DNA of 63,953 nt, filler included, from Stramenopiles sp. TOSAG23-6 (GCA_900128565.1; 4 parts of 4 records of this genome joined end to end with filler, not necessarily neighbours in it), one strand, 5' to 3'. Positions 12,176-24,436 are shown, counted from the whole stretch's first letter. Notes: generated by a model from the sequence alone, not told the origin. Made by a program: numbers and translations.

Positions 12176-14818
12176 TTATAATTTTAAATTTGCATTTTGT
12201 TCTTTTTCCATTTGGATACCTCGACGTTGTCTCATTATACCATGAACACCTTCCCAATTATCTTCTAGAACATGATTTCTTTCTAAATCAAGTAAAAAAA
12301 TGTCTAGGAGAGCTTTTTCACTTAAAGTATTTCTCTTCATATTTTGTTTTAAAGTAACTGTATATATAAAACCATATTCAATATTACACTCAATCTCAAT
12401 GTATGGACAATCACTTCCATTCCATAAACGTGGATCAGTTTCTAACCAACTAAATTTCTGTATTTTCACTTCATTACTGAGTACAACATTTGATATATCC
12501 ACACTTTTTCGGTGTAAAAACTCCATGAGTGTTGGTAGTTTAATCTTTTTATCAATACGAGCTTTGAATAATAAAACACCATTTTGTTCTGCCGTATTTC
12601 GTATATAATTCCAAAATAAAATCATAAAAAATAACAACAAAGCTATATTTACACCGAACCACAAAAAAGGTACGTCACAAATACCATCTTGAAAAACCGT
12701 TACAACCCATGAAGGTGGAATAATATTTAATGATCCACCTGATATTCTATCAATTATGTCAAATAGGAATGATCCTCCTAAAAATACTTGTGTAACTTCC
12801 AATAAAGTAGCTGAATGTTCATTTGCATTTTCTGCATTCAAAAGATTCTTTGTGTGTGCCTCAGCAGTGCTATACAACTTATATAGGGATGATGAATCTA
12901 CAACACTTGTCATTTGCTGAATATTCAAAAGTTCAGATTGTAGACCATCGACAATTTTTTTCATGTCATGAATTCTTGAAGACACGTCAACTTTTAACTT
13001 TGTAATGTTTAGAATGATTTCTAATTGTGAACCTTTATCTTCAGGCAGACGCATCTGGTCTAAAGATTCTTTCAAGTATAATAACAATTCACCCAACACA
13101 ACACATACTTTACCAGAATTACTTATATTTGCCCTTATAGAATGTTCTGCATTGGGACTACTTTCAAACTCTAATATTTTATTTCGTGTATTTTGTAGTT
13201 CATCTCCTAGAACAAAAGCACGACTGAATAATGATCTAATGAATACTTCCCGAGTAAATAAGGAACAGTAACACAATAGGGTTGGTTCATATTCTTCAAA
13301 ATCATGCCCAGCAAGTAATAAACCATCACGACCCAATATAACAACCCCATGTTCGCCTAAATCATGAGAAGAAAATAAAACACCCAATACTTGTTTAATT
13401 TCATTCTCATGTGCATCTCTGTCTAAATATAAATCTGCTCGTAAAAAAGGGTCAATACCTTCAGCTAAAATCATATTAAATTTACCACGATTATGACTGT
13501 CTCCCATATAAATTACATCCAATAGCATTCTCTGATAATCACTTAATAAATCTCTCATTATTGTTGATGAATCTATGTGTATGTCAACCAATAAACGACT
13601 CATATGATCTAAACTTATGTGCTCTTCATCACATGTTAATATAGATTCTATTTTCATTCCATAAAATATTCCCCCATCAAGATTAATATGCATACCAAAA
13701 TTTTCAATTTGAACAATTCCTTCCATTTCTGGAATATTTATCTCAGCTTCGAAATTAATAAATCGACTAAAATCAAAATCAAGAATAGATACATTAGTAA
13801 GTCCAGTATTACAACTAAAACTAGTATCTGTTGGTTGTTTATCAACAGTGGATGTAAACAAACCACCTTGACAACGATCTAATGCACCAAGACGTTCATT
13901 CAGTGCACATATATTATTAGCTCCAAATGGAATCCATTCACCAACAATACAATGAACACGACTTAATTCAATGACAATATTAAGATCATCTGCAATATTT
14001 GTTATTCCTGTTTTACACTCTTTCCATCTATGCGCATTTGATGAAAATTGTTTCGCATTGCGTGGATTTCGAATACACCATGGTAAATAGGGTGATGATA
14101 CATACGAAACATCTTCCGTTTCAGTAACATTTGAAAGCCTTCTGTATTTACTTTTCGAACCAAATAATGTAAACTTACCTGCAGAAATATTTTTTCTGTC
14201 CTTTTGTTTATTTGATTTGCTTATTTTTGTTGAATCAAAAGAAATTTTTAATAGTTCAGTTTCTTTACTTCCTTTTGAAATAGGAACTCGAAATACACTA
14301 TCAATTTGGCGTTTGTATTTATCTGGTATTTGAAGAAGAAAATCCATACCTTTTTTCGATACTTGATACGCAACCACTGGCTGGAAATCTTTGGTTGCCA
14401 TTTTAAGACCATTAATAAGTTTCTTTTCCAATAAGTCCTCTACGGCAGCCCTACCTTCCTGACTAATATTAAGCCAAACACGACGTGTTTTACCATTTTG
14501 AGATATTACAGTGGAACCTGGGGCATAATCAAAATTAAATATCTGCTTTTTAGCTCCTTCATATATCAACACTGTGAGTGGTATTTCTCGTATCCAAGTT
14601 TCTGTTTCAGATTGCGACTGTACTGGCTTTCCATAACATGAAATCAGATAGACAAGTTTAGCATGGTCTACGCTCCAACCTTCTTCAATTAGTTCAATAG
14701 CTACCTCACGTTTATTATTTTTTATCTTTGATGAAATATGTACTTCACGTTCATAACGGAAGATGACAATTTCTGTTTGGTCTTCCTCATCGGCTTGTTT
14801 AGACATGACTATATACAA
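12176..14818 (-). CDS. large hypothetical protein with long helical region and C-terminal TM segments
   Basis: 880-aa intronless ORF; function not recognised. Confidence 0.75.
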   Translation of the reverse strand: MYIVMSKQADEEDQTEIVIFRYEREVHISSKIKNNKREVAIELIEEGWSVDHAKLVYLISCYGKPVQSQSETETWIREIPLTVLIYEGAKKQIFNFDYAPGSTVISQNGKTRRVWLNISQEGRAAVEDLLEKKLINGLKMATKDFQPVVAYQVSKKGMDFLLQIPDKYKRQIDSVFRVPISKGSKETELLKISFDSTKISKSNKQKDRKNISAGKFTLFGSKSKYRRLSNVTETEDVSYVSSPYLPWCIRNPRNAKQFSSNAHRWKECKTGITNIADDLNIVIELSRVHCIVGEWIPFGANNICALNERLGALDRCQGGLFTSTVDKQPTDTSFSCNTGLTNVSILDFDFSRFINFEAEINIPEMEGIVQIENFGMHINLDGGIFYGMKIESILTCDEEHISLDHMSRLLVDIHIDSSTIMRDLLSDYQRMLLDVIYMGDSHNRGKFNMILAEGIDPFLRADLYLDRDAHENEIKQVLGVLFSSHDLGEHGVVILGRDGLLLAGHDFEEYEPTLLCYCSLFTREVFIRSLFSRAFVLGDELQNTRNKILEFESSPNAEHSIRANISNSGKVCVVLGELLLYLKESLDQMRLPEDKGSQLEIILNITKLKVDVSSRIHDMKKIVDGLQSELLNIQQMTSVVDSSSLYKLYSTAEAHTKNLLNAENANEHSATLLEVTQVFLGGSFLFDIIDRISGGSLNIIPPSWVVTVFQDGICDVPFLWFGVNIALLLFFMILFWNYIRNTAEQNGVLLFKARIDKKIKLPTLMEFLHRKSVDISNVVLSNEVKIQKFSWLETDPRLWNGSDCPYIEIECNIEYGFIYTVTLKQNMKRNTLSEKALLDIFLLDLERNHVLEDNWEGVHGIMRQRRGIQMEKEQNANLKL

Positions 14819-15227
14819 TGGAATTTATTTTTATTCAACTAAATTACAACTATTAGTGTCCTAGTATAGTAGAAAGTTTATTTTGAGTTCTATAGCTCGT
14901 CACTTTTAGAATGAGGAGATCATGTAGTAGTACCCACTATAAATAATAATGCTACTTCTTTTGACCCTGACTTTTGCAAAGTTGTAGTAAAGTTTGTAAC
15001 GCTCAAAATTATTTTGCAAGTCAAGAATTTGGAAATTTTTTCGTGTTTTTTTTTTGATGTTTTTTTTTGGTTTTTGATTGATGTTTCACGATTGATCGAA
15101 AACAAATTCGATTTAAATTGAAATAGTGACACGATATAATATTAAATATCATATAATATTATCATACGTAGACTCTTAAAGTGTTTTCTTTTCAATAAAC
15201 TATACTTTTCCAGTATCATCATAAATA

Positions 15228-15952
15228 ATGTCGAATGGTCGCGACATTACAGCTGCAAATATGCAGAATGTATTTATCGGAATATCTGGAATCATTGGCG
15301 CTGGTAAGAGCACCTTGGCAACTGCCCTTGGATCTGTATTAAATTTACCTGTTTACTATGAACCTGTACGTGATAATGAGTATTTACAAGACTTTTACGG
15401 AGATATGGCAAAGTATTCTTTCCCAATGCAAGTGTATCTACTTAACAAGAGATTCGAACAACAGCAGCAGATTATATGGGCTGGTAAGGGTGGAATTCAA
15501 GACAGGACAATCTACGAAGACTCTGTTTTTGCAAAGATGCTCTATAGTTCTGGTCATATGGAGGAAAGGGACTATAGCACATATTTAAGTCTTTTCAATC
15601 ACATGTCAAACTTTATGAAAAAACCAAATATTATCGTTCATCTTGATGTTAGTCCTAAAGAGGCACTCCGTCGCATCAACTTACGGTCAAGAGGTTGGAA
15701 TACTTGGAGAGTCTTCACACAGCATATGATGATTTCATAAGTGATATTGCACGAGTTGTGCCAGTGATTCATGTGGATTATAGCCAATTTCACTCAGTTG
15801 AAGAAATGGCAAAAGCTGTTCAAACGGAGTACCAAAAAATTGGTAACATTCGTCGAGTTCATTTCAAAAAAGAAAATTTCACTGGGAATGTAAGACTTGC
15901 TCAAAGTCCAGCACATAAACGAAACACTAATACATTGACTAACCAGTTATAG
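15228..15952 (+). CDS. deoxynucleoside kinase, frame broken near 15695
   Basis: GIIGAGKST P-loop, YEPV, MQVYLL, DRTIYED; C-terminal LEYLESLHTAY lies in another frame. Confidence 0.85.
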
Positions 15953-16004
15953 ATATAATATATAAATTATAATATAACATTCAAAGGATAAAATTAATAA
16001 TGAT

Positions 16005-16092
16005 GGACATTGGTTTTTTTTTTTTTGGTACAATTTGTTAGGTACGAAATTTCGTACGAATTTGTCTTTGAAAAAACAAATTTTTAATGTAT
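16005..16092 (-). mobile_element. family copy in 3' non-coding region of the MYND gene
   Basis: TTCGTACGAAATTTCGTACCTAAC core on minus strand; ends uncertain. Confidence 0.6.
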
Positions 16093-16176
16093 AAGCCATT
16101 TGATTTGATTTGTTCTAATTCAAACAAAATAACAAATTATCGATATGGCCAATCATATAAATTATATAATTGTACA

Positions 16177-16620
16177 CTATGAATAATTTTTATTTGTCTC
16201 TACATTTTCTTTTTCATCGCCTTTCTTCTCTTTGTTTTTATCTTTTTTTTTCTTTTTCTTTGCTTTCAAGTACAAACATGACTTTTTATGTTCTTTCCAA
16301 TGAGTTGCTTGACATTCCTTACTACAATAATGAGGTGCACTAAGTGAAGTTTCAGGATGATAACGTACACATGGACACATAAGCTTAAGTACAGGTCCAT
16401 CTGTAAAACCAGTTTTCGGGTCAAAAGTACCATTTGGAATCGTCATACATGAATAACATGTCCGCATAATTCGGCGACGAGCCATATTTCTACTTAAATG
16501 ACCTAGGTGAAATTCACTTATAATATCGTCAGTCCCAGGTGGGTTAAACACCCAATCAATTCCGCCCACTTGATCAATTGTAGGTCTTGACTCACACCCA
16601 GGTTTTTTCTTTTTTTTCAT
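16177..16620 (-). CDS. MYND-type zinc finger protein
   Basis: CYSC...CPC...YCSKECQATHWKEHKKSC. Confidence 0.7.
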   Translation of the reverse strand: MKKKKKPGCESRPTIDQVGGIDWVFNPPGTDDIISEFHLGHLSRNMARRRIMRTCYSCMTIPNGTFDPKTGFTDGPVLKLMCPCVRYHPETSLSAPHYCSKECQATHWKEHKKSCLYLKAKKKKKKDKNKEKKGDEKENVETNKNYS

Positions 16621-16757
16621 TTTTATAAATCGTTTACATTTTGTTATAAGAAATCTACAATTGTCTATTTCAGTACCTCTTTTAGTTAATGGATTCTTTT
16701 GAAGCTGAGTGGGAAATGATTTTTGTATTTTTTTACTTTTCTTCGCGTCGTTCAATG

Positions 16758-16857
16758 NNNNNNNNNNNNNNNNNNNNNNNNNNNNNNNNNNNNNNNNNNN
16801 NTTAATTAATTAANNNNNNNNNNNNNNNNNNNNNNNNNNNNNNNNNNNNNNNNNNNN
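16758..16857. other. artificial contig linker
   Basis: 100-nt N run containing TTAATTAATTAA. Confidence 0.97.
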
Positions 16858-16916
16858 TGTTAGGTACAAAATTTCGTACAAAAAAAAAATCATACAAAAA
16901 AAAAAAAAAAACATAC
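16858..16916 (-). mobile_element. family intron truncated by contig end
   Basis: AT|GTATGTTT...GTACCTAACA then N linker; near-identical to 17264-17354 copy. Confidence 0.8.
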
Positions 16917-19900
16917 ATCATTTCACGATTTGATTTGACTTCAATAAACAAATTATACCAATGTCTCCATAGTTGTACTAAAAAATGATGTCGTTTCCGA
17001 ACTTTTTTTTCTGCTAATTTTCTCCGCCACTTTTTTATCATTCCTATTGCACGTTTTTTGTTGATTGAAAGTATAAATTGTCTCACACGACCACTTTTAT
17101 TAGACTTTTCATTCCATATATCAAAAACATTTGTCAATAAATTATTGACATAAAAAGCAACTGCAGCTGCATTTTTGCGTGACTGTAAAACACTCTTGAT
17201 TTTTCGTACTCTCCATTGCACGAAATATTTCGATATGGTACGACGAAGTTGTCCCAATAATACATGTATTTTGGAAAAATATTTCAAAAAAAATTTTGTT
17301 AGGTACAAAATTTCGTACGAAAAAAAATCATACAAAAAAAAAAAAAAAACATACATTCCTCGCGATATTCTTGGTGGATTTTCTGTGATTCAGGTAATTT
17401 ATCCACTTTTGAAAGTGTAATTTTCTATTTTGATGAAGCTGTCGCCATTCAAATTGAGATATTCGAATGTATTATGAAGAAATATTTATTTTTTACGAAA
17501 AAAAAAAAATTGTTAGGTACAAAATTTCATACCAAAAAAAAACAAAATTGAAATTAAATTTTAAAAAACGTACATGCCTACACGAAAAAATTTAAATGTT
17601 TTTGACAAACTTTTCAAATCCCACATGTAATAAATGGCTTCATCCCTTTCTCGTTTACATATGAGCATTTTAGCTTGTTTCCTCCATCCATTAAATATTG
17701 AAAGGACAGCGGCACGTACACTTTTTTCATTTACCTTTTCATACAAACCACCGATAATATTTCTTGTATTTACGAGCTTTTTTGCACGTCTGAAAAAACT
17801 GCGTTGTCTTATTTCAACTTGTGCACGTTTACTTATAGAATTCCGTATGTTTTCTGCATCTAATAGAGGAACTAAAAATGAATTCCAAACTTTCTTTAAC
17901 AATTTTATTCGATAATGTTCAATAGCTATATGTTTTCGACTCACGTCCTGTGTATATGTTTTGCTCTTATTAGGTGAAGGGAATTTGTCTTCATTCATTA
18001 AAGGCATCGAGTTATTGTTACTATTCATTGAATTTTTATTTCCTGAATGATCAATTGTCTTCGTTTCGACTTGTTTAGGAATATCAATATCTTTTGATAT
18101 GTATTTAAAAAAAATAGTTCAAATTTTATATTCGTTAGATATGGAATTTCGTATAAAAAAAAATGGAATTCATGATGAAAACGTATCGAATAAAAACTCA
18201 AAAAAAAAAACTTTTTTTTTGTTAGGTACGAAATTTCGTACTAAAAAAAATCATAATGAAAACGTACATAATTGTATCGAGTGGAAATTTACGTGCTCTT
18301 GGTGTTTCAGCTTCACTAGACTCGTTTTCGCCACTGGCAATTATCCAACCTTTTTCACAACCTTGATTGAATTCTTTCAAAATTCTAACCTTTGTTTTCA
18401 CAATACTTGCCGCATTAGCAATATGTTGCTTATACGTACTTGAAGTTTTTTTAACGGAAATTTTATGTAATATTGGAGTTTTTTGAGGACTACTAGTAAA
18501 CGTTTCTTTGTATTTTTGTGTGTCATTTGAAGCATTTTGAAGTGATTTTTTCTTTTTAGTAATGGATTGTTTTTTTATTGTTGGCGTTTGTAATGAATGT
18601 GAAGATTCGAAACTTTCTTTTTTTATTGTTGGCGTTTGTAATGAATGTGAAGATTCGAAACTTTCTTTTTCTCCAATATGAAAACTCTCCTTCAGTGATG
18701 CTGCGCTTGCTAAGGCATCTACTCGAAAACCAGATCTCAATGCTAGGCTTCGAGCTTTTCTTTGCGATTCTCTTTTTGGTGTACACACCGAAATGAACTC
18801 ATTTTCTAAAGATACGCTTAATACTTTTCTGCCCTCACTTATAGCCTTTGTCATTCGATATTGTTTTTCAGGGGTTTGTGTTATTGATAACGTTACATTT
18901 GGGGTAATCTTTTGTTTCTTTTTTGAAGTTGATAATGTGTTCCGTATAGGTGATGTAATCTTTTGTTTCTTTTTTGAAGTTGACAATGTGTTCCGTTTAG
19001 GTGATGTAGCATTTTGTTTCTTTTTTGAAGTTGACAATGTGTTCCGTTTAGGTAATCTAGTATTTTGTGACGTTTTTATTTCTGGCGAAGTTGTGAAAGT
19101 CGGTTTCACTTCGATCATTTCGTTTATAGAATTTACATTTCCTTCGATCATCTCGTTTATAGAATTTACATTTCCTTCGATCATCTCATTTATAGAATTT
19201 ACATTTCCTTCAATAACAGAGACACATACAGGTGATGATACTTTTTTACGTCTCAACATTCGTGAAGATTGCATCCTCTTTCGAATATCACTTTGCTTCT
19301 TTACAACTTGTGGTGATACTTTAGACTTTTGTAATTGATTTGATTTTCTAGAATCTTTGATTTTCTTCTTTTTGATAGATTTGGCAGAGTTTATTTTCTT
19401 TACTAATTTAGAGAATATTTCATCTTTAGAATCATCTAATTTTTCGTGTGTTTTATCATGTATAGACATTTCTAAATTATTTATTTCGTGTGTTTTATCA
19501 TGTATAGGCATTTCTAAATTATTTCTTGGTTTACGTCTTGCATTAAGTTCTGACTTTATCGTTGCTTCTATTTCTAATTTAAGTCCCGATGAAATATCTT
19601 CTGGTAAAATATCTGAATTTTGTTCATGTGTCAATTCTTGTGGTAGATTTCGTATCGAGTGTAAAATATCTGAATTTTGTTCATGTGTCAATTCTTGTGG
19701 TAGATTTCGTGTCGAGTGTAAAAGTGTGTGAGATTTCATTTGATTTGAGATTTCGATACGTCGATTATGAATTTCCGAATAGCTATTTTCTGCTTTTTGT
19801 TTTTTTTTACGTGTACTTTTATCATGTATCTTTGATGACACGTGTCTTTTCCGTCGAATGTGATTACACGATTGATTTTTTTTTTCGCTCCATTTTAAAT

Positions 19901-21446
19901 GAGTGAAAAAATTATATGGTAATATTTTTCTACCAATTTGATCTGGAGCAGATTTGTATCCAAATTTTCTTTTTCGTCTACGTTTCTTTGGTGTAGTATA
20001 CTTTTTATTATTTCTATTATTTTTATTATTTCTATTATTTTTATTATTTTTATTGTTTTTACTGTTTTTATTGGTTTTTTTCTTTGCTTTTCGTTTCACT
20101 ACATTTTTTTTTAATGTATACGAATGACTATCATCATCATTTCTATCATTTCTTATCGTTTCAATATCAGTTTCTGGCATGTATTGTGAAAAAAAAAATT
20201 GTATAAAATTCGTTAGGTACAAAATTTGGTACAAAAAAATAAATAAATTTGAAATTGATAAAACGTACATTTTCACTAGTAATTGAAAGTCTGGTACAGC
20301 CTTTGGTACACCGAGTGGCTTGTTATATACAAATACAGTGGCATTATTATTCTCTATAGTACTATGATCTGTTTTTGAATTATTGTCTTCTTTTTCTTCA
20401 CCAGCATGAAAAATTCTGTCCGTTACCCGGCGCCATTTCGCTTTCAAATTAGAGATATATTTTTTTTTGTTACGTTTTCTTTCGCCATCTTCATCGAAAG
20501 TTTTATTTGGTTTATTTCCTTCACGATATTCACGGGAAATATTCTTTGGACTATTTTTGGTTGTTGAGGTATCATTTTGATTTTTATCCACATCACCAGA
20601 AATATTATTATTATTATCATCATCATCCTTTTTTCTTGATTTTCCTTTCCAAGAATTGAAAATATTTTGACGCAACTGACGCTCTTTTAATGCTGACCTC
20701 CAAGTTTTCAAATATTTATAAGGGAAATTCATACATCGTTTTCGCCATAAATATATTCCAATATTTCTACATCTTGACCTTTTCTTGGCCCAAATGTTCC
20801 ATAGTTTCAATATACGAGGTGCAGTTATGTCTTTCATCGTATATGAACGCCATGCTGAAAAATGACGAAGCAACTGGATCCGTCTATTACGTGATGCATA
20901 TGGAAGAGTCCAGAACTCAACTGGCATTTCTGAAAGGCATGTAACATGTGACAAAGATAGATGATGAGTTGCGCATAAATTTGGTTCCGAAGACAAAGGT
21001 ACTGAAGTAATGAAAGGCTTACTATTTGAAGTATTCTCGTCAAAACTACTATCATAAGTGGTATTAGTAGCATTTACAGTCCATCGATCTATATTTTTTT
21101 GAAGAATGGGTTTAAAACTATCTTGACTCTGAGTTTTTTTTTGAATACGTAGTGGACTTTTAAAGCCCTGCGGCGTTTCTTGTGATTTCGTTTCAGAAGC
21201 AACATTTAAAACTATCGAAGATATAGCTCTCAACTGATTTGATATTGCAGACTCTGTCACAGCAAAATTGAGGTTATAATCTGGTACTGAGTACTCCACT
21301 TTTCTGTGGAAAGGTTTACTCCGAGTTTTGCGAATACGCGAAGGCAGAGTTGATCGAGGAGGAGTCGGCGGTCCATTAAATGGACTTTTACGAACTCGAC
21401 TAATATTTCGATACGGGCTTCTCGACGAATTACTCTGAATAGGCAT
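16858..21446 (-). CDS. Sfi1-like centrin-binding repeat protein, multi-exon, 3' truncated at contig end
   Basis: repeated F/L..W helical motifs (HFSAWR, FNSWK, FNGWR, FVQWR); five family introns join the 21476, 18028 and 17356 ORFs in frame. Confidence 0.6.
17264..17354 (-). mobile_element. family intron, GT-AT
   Basis: AT|GTATG...CAAAATACAT|; frame restored. Confidence 0.85.
17467..17573 (-). mobile_element. family intron, GT-AT
   Basis: AT|GTACG...ATAATACAT|; frame restored. Confidence 0.85.
18099..18267 (-). mobile_element. family intron, GT-AT, with two tandem element units
   Basis: two RTACGTTTTCAT..TACGAAAT..CTAAC units; removal joins the 18028 ORF. Confidence 0.8.
20179..20268 (-). 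mobile_element. family intron, GT-AT (90 nt, stopless in frame)
   Basis: AT|GTACG...CACAATACAT|. Confidence 0.85.
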
Positions 21447-21804
21447 CACACTATGATTTTGTGATTTTAAAGGCAATTGCCAATCTTAACTGCTAAATGA
21501 AATGGGGTAAATCAACATTAGAGTATTAATATCAGTGTTTTTGAAATAAGTAAACAAGTTTAAACACTTTAGGCGAAGGAGGTACTCCAAAGCAAGGTTT
21601 AAAAATCGAAAACACGAAATCGAAACGAAAGTGCCATTAAATTTTTAAATAATATTGAATTCATTCCAAATTGGTTCTATTTGCTATTGTAGACAATGTA
21701 GAGCAACAGGTAAATAAACATAATACTTTTATATACAAAAAAACTAAATGTGTAAATATTGAATGATAAAGTATACAACTCTGCTTTTGGGATTCGTGAA
21801 GTGT

Positions 21805-21862
21805 AGCGTCAGGTAAACTTGATTGCTTTCCAGCCATTTTATCAATCTTTCCTTCAATCGCT
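21805..21862 (-). promoter_or_regulatory. SECIS element (type II) in 3' UTR of PDI-like selenoprotein
   Basis: minus strand AGCG-AT-TGAA-GGAAAGATTGAT-AAA-TG-GCT-GGAA-AGC-A-ATCAAGTTTACC-TGA-CGCT: GA/GA core, ~12-bp stem, apical AAA, mini-stem. Confidence 0.8.
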
Positions 21863-21915
21863 CTCTATTACAATATTGAAACACATATAAAATCATTTTG
21901 TACTTACATTTGTAC

Positions 21916-22782
21916 TTAAAGTTCATTCTCAGTCCGATTATGTTTTTTTGTTTGTTGTTTGTTTTTTTCATTTTTTTGCTTTTTATCTTTCTTTTTGTTT
22001 CTTTTCTTTTTACCAGAATTAGGGTTAGTAATTGCCTTTTTTAGTGCATATGAGTATAGAAAATTATTTACCTTATTATAAGTAAATTTCTTTGAAAAAG
22101 TAAATATTTCTCCATCACCACCTGTTCCCTTTAAAACAATGAGAGATGGCAATGCAACTTTACCAGATTTTGATTCAAGATACTTTTTTGCAATCTCTTG
22201 AGTATTTGAGCCACTTTTGACTTCGGCAATGAGCAACTTCCGTCTATAGTTCACACTCATTGCTTTAATTAGAGGAGGCAAACTTCTCTTACCAAAATAT
22301 ATTGCTTTTGGCAAAGCATATCGATCTGCTTTGGCAAAGAAATTTGATAAATCTGAAGGTTTTCTTACTCTTTCCACAAAGTAAGGCATATGTGATGCAG
22401 CGAAATCGAACATTGCTTTTGCCTTTCTTTCCTGTTGGTATTCAATGACCAACTTTTCTTTACTTTTCTTCTTTTTTGGTTTAAGTATTTTAATTGTTGG
22501 AGTACCACTAATCGATCCTAAAAGTGGAGGCATCTGCCCTCTTTGCTCAGTGTCCCAATAAGCCACTTTTATCATATTTTTCCCCATAGACGCGAGTTGT
22601 TCATACTCTGAAGTGAGTAATTGACAGTGACCTCAGGAGTTTCTGCAAATGTTTACAATCCAAACGTGGGGAGACTTTTTTAGTTCATGAAAATTCCGAG
22701 GAGTTAAAGGTATAACTGACGATGTATATGGATTTTCAGCTGCAACTAATACAGTTGTCAACAATGCAAATTGAAGAAACAT
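21916..22782 (-). CDS. protein disulfide isomerase-like selenoprotein (UGHC active site)
   Basis: signal peptide; in-frame TGA at 22633-22635 in RNS-U-GHC-QLL fuses two ORFs into a thioredoxin-fold protein; C-terminal ENEL ER-retention-like signal; SECIS downstream. Confidence 0.9.
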
Positions 22783-22970
22783 ATTGCGATTATTAGAAGA
22801 ACAACGAATGAATTTGACTTTTGAGCGACTTTTGATTTGATTTCCTTTTGATTCAATTTTCAAGCAAGTCAAAAATGCCACGTGTCGCGATTTAGAAACC
22901 TGCGTTTATATGCGAAGTCCGCGAATTAGAATAGAAAGTAACTAAAAATGTACACTTTAAATCTTCAATA

Positions 22971-24436
22971 ATGGACAAAGAGTGCACCAGACTTTCAAAC
23001 AGTCAATGGAAATGCACTCTTTGTACATTACTGAATTGTACAGAGTCGCTAAAGTGTATTGCATGTGGCAATCTTCGCTATGAAGGTAAAGTCACCACTA
23101 GATCAAGATTACCACAAAAAAACATTGGTAAATGTTTTTTGATTAAATGTCCAGAGTATGACGATAAAGATCATGCTCTCAAAGTAATAAGTAGTGATCG
23201 GTTAGATATAGATACAACAAGTTTGAAGTGCCTTTACTTAGTAAAAAATAAAAACTGGGTAGAATGGATAGAATTAGAGGATTTTTCAAATAGGATGGTT
23301 AAGGAGGCTTTCCTCTGTCCATTTTGTAATGGAAAATGTTGTCTTAAGTGTAACAACCTAGGATATTTTCTGGACAAAAAAACAGAAGAAATTACTCCAT
23401 TCAATGATAGTGATAGTGATAGCGTTGACAATTCAATACCAAAGAATAAGAAAAAAGGGAAACGGGGAAGGAAACGAAAAGTAAATCAAATATCTAGGAT
23501 TTCGTCATTCAACAATAATAGTCCTAGTACAATTTTTAACAAAAAAAGTGCACGTTTTCATCATTCATTTCAATTTTTTTTTTCATAGAAAATTTTGTAC
23601 CTAACAAATTTCAAAAATTTTGAAATATTTTTTTACAATTCATCATGGTTGCTCAAATATACCACGATCAACATCATCTAACCTACAACTTTCTACACTT
23701 GATGGAAAGTATATTTATGCAAAATATCCTCATGCCACTTGTAAAAAAGATACATATGCAAAAGTTTCAATTTGGAAAAAAACGAATGATATAAGATATT
23801 TTTTATTTTTTTTCAATTTCGAATTTATTTTTTTTTTCAAAACATTTTTTAATTAACAAATTGTACAAAAAAAAATATTTTTTCACAATCTATGTATATA
23901 TTAGAATGGAAACATACAAATATTGAAACTGCACTAACTACAAATCAATTCGAAAATTATTTTATAGCAAAATGTTTTCGTTGTGAGTACTGTGGATTTC
24001 ATTCGGATAAGATGCATCTACTTGAGGAGCATAAAAAAACATGTAAATTTTATTTTTTTTCAATTTCAAATTTATTTATTTTCGTACGTAATTTTGTACC
24101 TAATGATTTTTTAATGATTTCTTGTTTTTTCACAATACATGTACACCAACTCCAAGAAATGAGAGATTATTTACACAATCCAATGATGCAAAAGCTCATT
24201 GTTTTCGTTGTGGTGAAAAGATAAGCTGTGTAAATGATAAATGTAAATGGACAAAAATTGAAGGTGAAAACATAGATGTTAAAATAACACTATGTCATCA
24301 TTCAACTGGAAAAGACTGTAATATTTTTCGTAAAAACCGCGAATTTATGCAAGTTATTTGTGGCGATTGCAATAAGAAATGTTGGGTGTGTCAAGACATT
24401 GTACTTTGGAAAAATTCCAAGGGGGAATCTGTCTAT
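22971..24436 (+). CDS. zinc-finger protein (RanBP2-type + C2H2 + Cys-rich), multi-exon
   Basis: WKCTLCTLLN...CIACG; CEYC...LEEHKKTC; three family introns give in-frame joins. Confidence 0.7.
23550..23643 (+). mobile_element. family intron, GC-AT
   Basis: GCACGTTTTCATCA...GTACCTAAC...CAATTCAT|. Confidence 0.75.
23796..23893 (+). mobile_element. degenerate family intron, apparently AT-AT
   Basis: ATATTTTTTA...CAATTTCGAA...TTAAC...CACAATCTAT|; frame restored. Confidence 0.55.
24043..24140 (+). mobile_element. family intron, GT-AT
   Basis: AT|GTAAATT...CACAATACAT|; frame restored. Confidence 0.85.

Noticed and set aside
16758-16857. TTAATTAATTAA palindrome within N runs (also 33528 and 50249)
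   Set aside because: Identical 100-nt artificial linkers; gene adjacency across them is meaningless.
18556-19906. Antisense and alternate-frame ORFs over tandem repeats, and similar shadow ORFs elsewhere
   Set aside because: By-products of in-frame tandem duplications and long genes on the opposite strand.
22633-22635. Genome-wide UGA reassignment
   Set aside because: Other genes end at TGA normally; this codon is explained by Sec plus SECIS.
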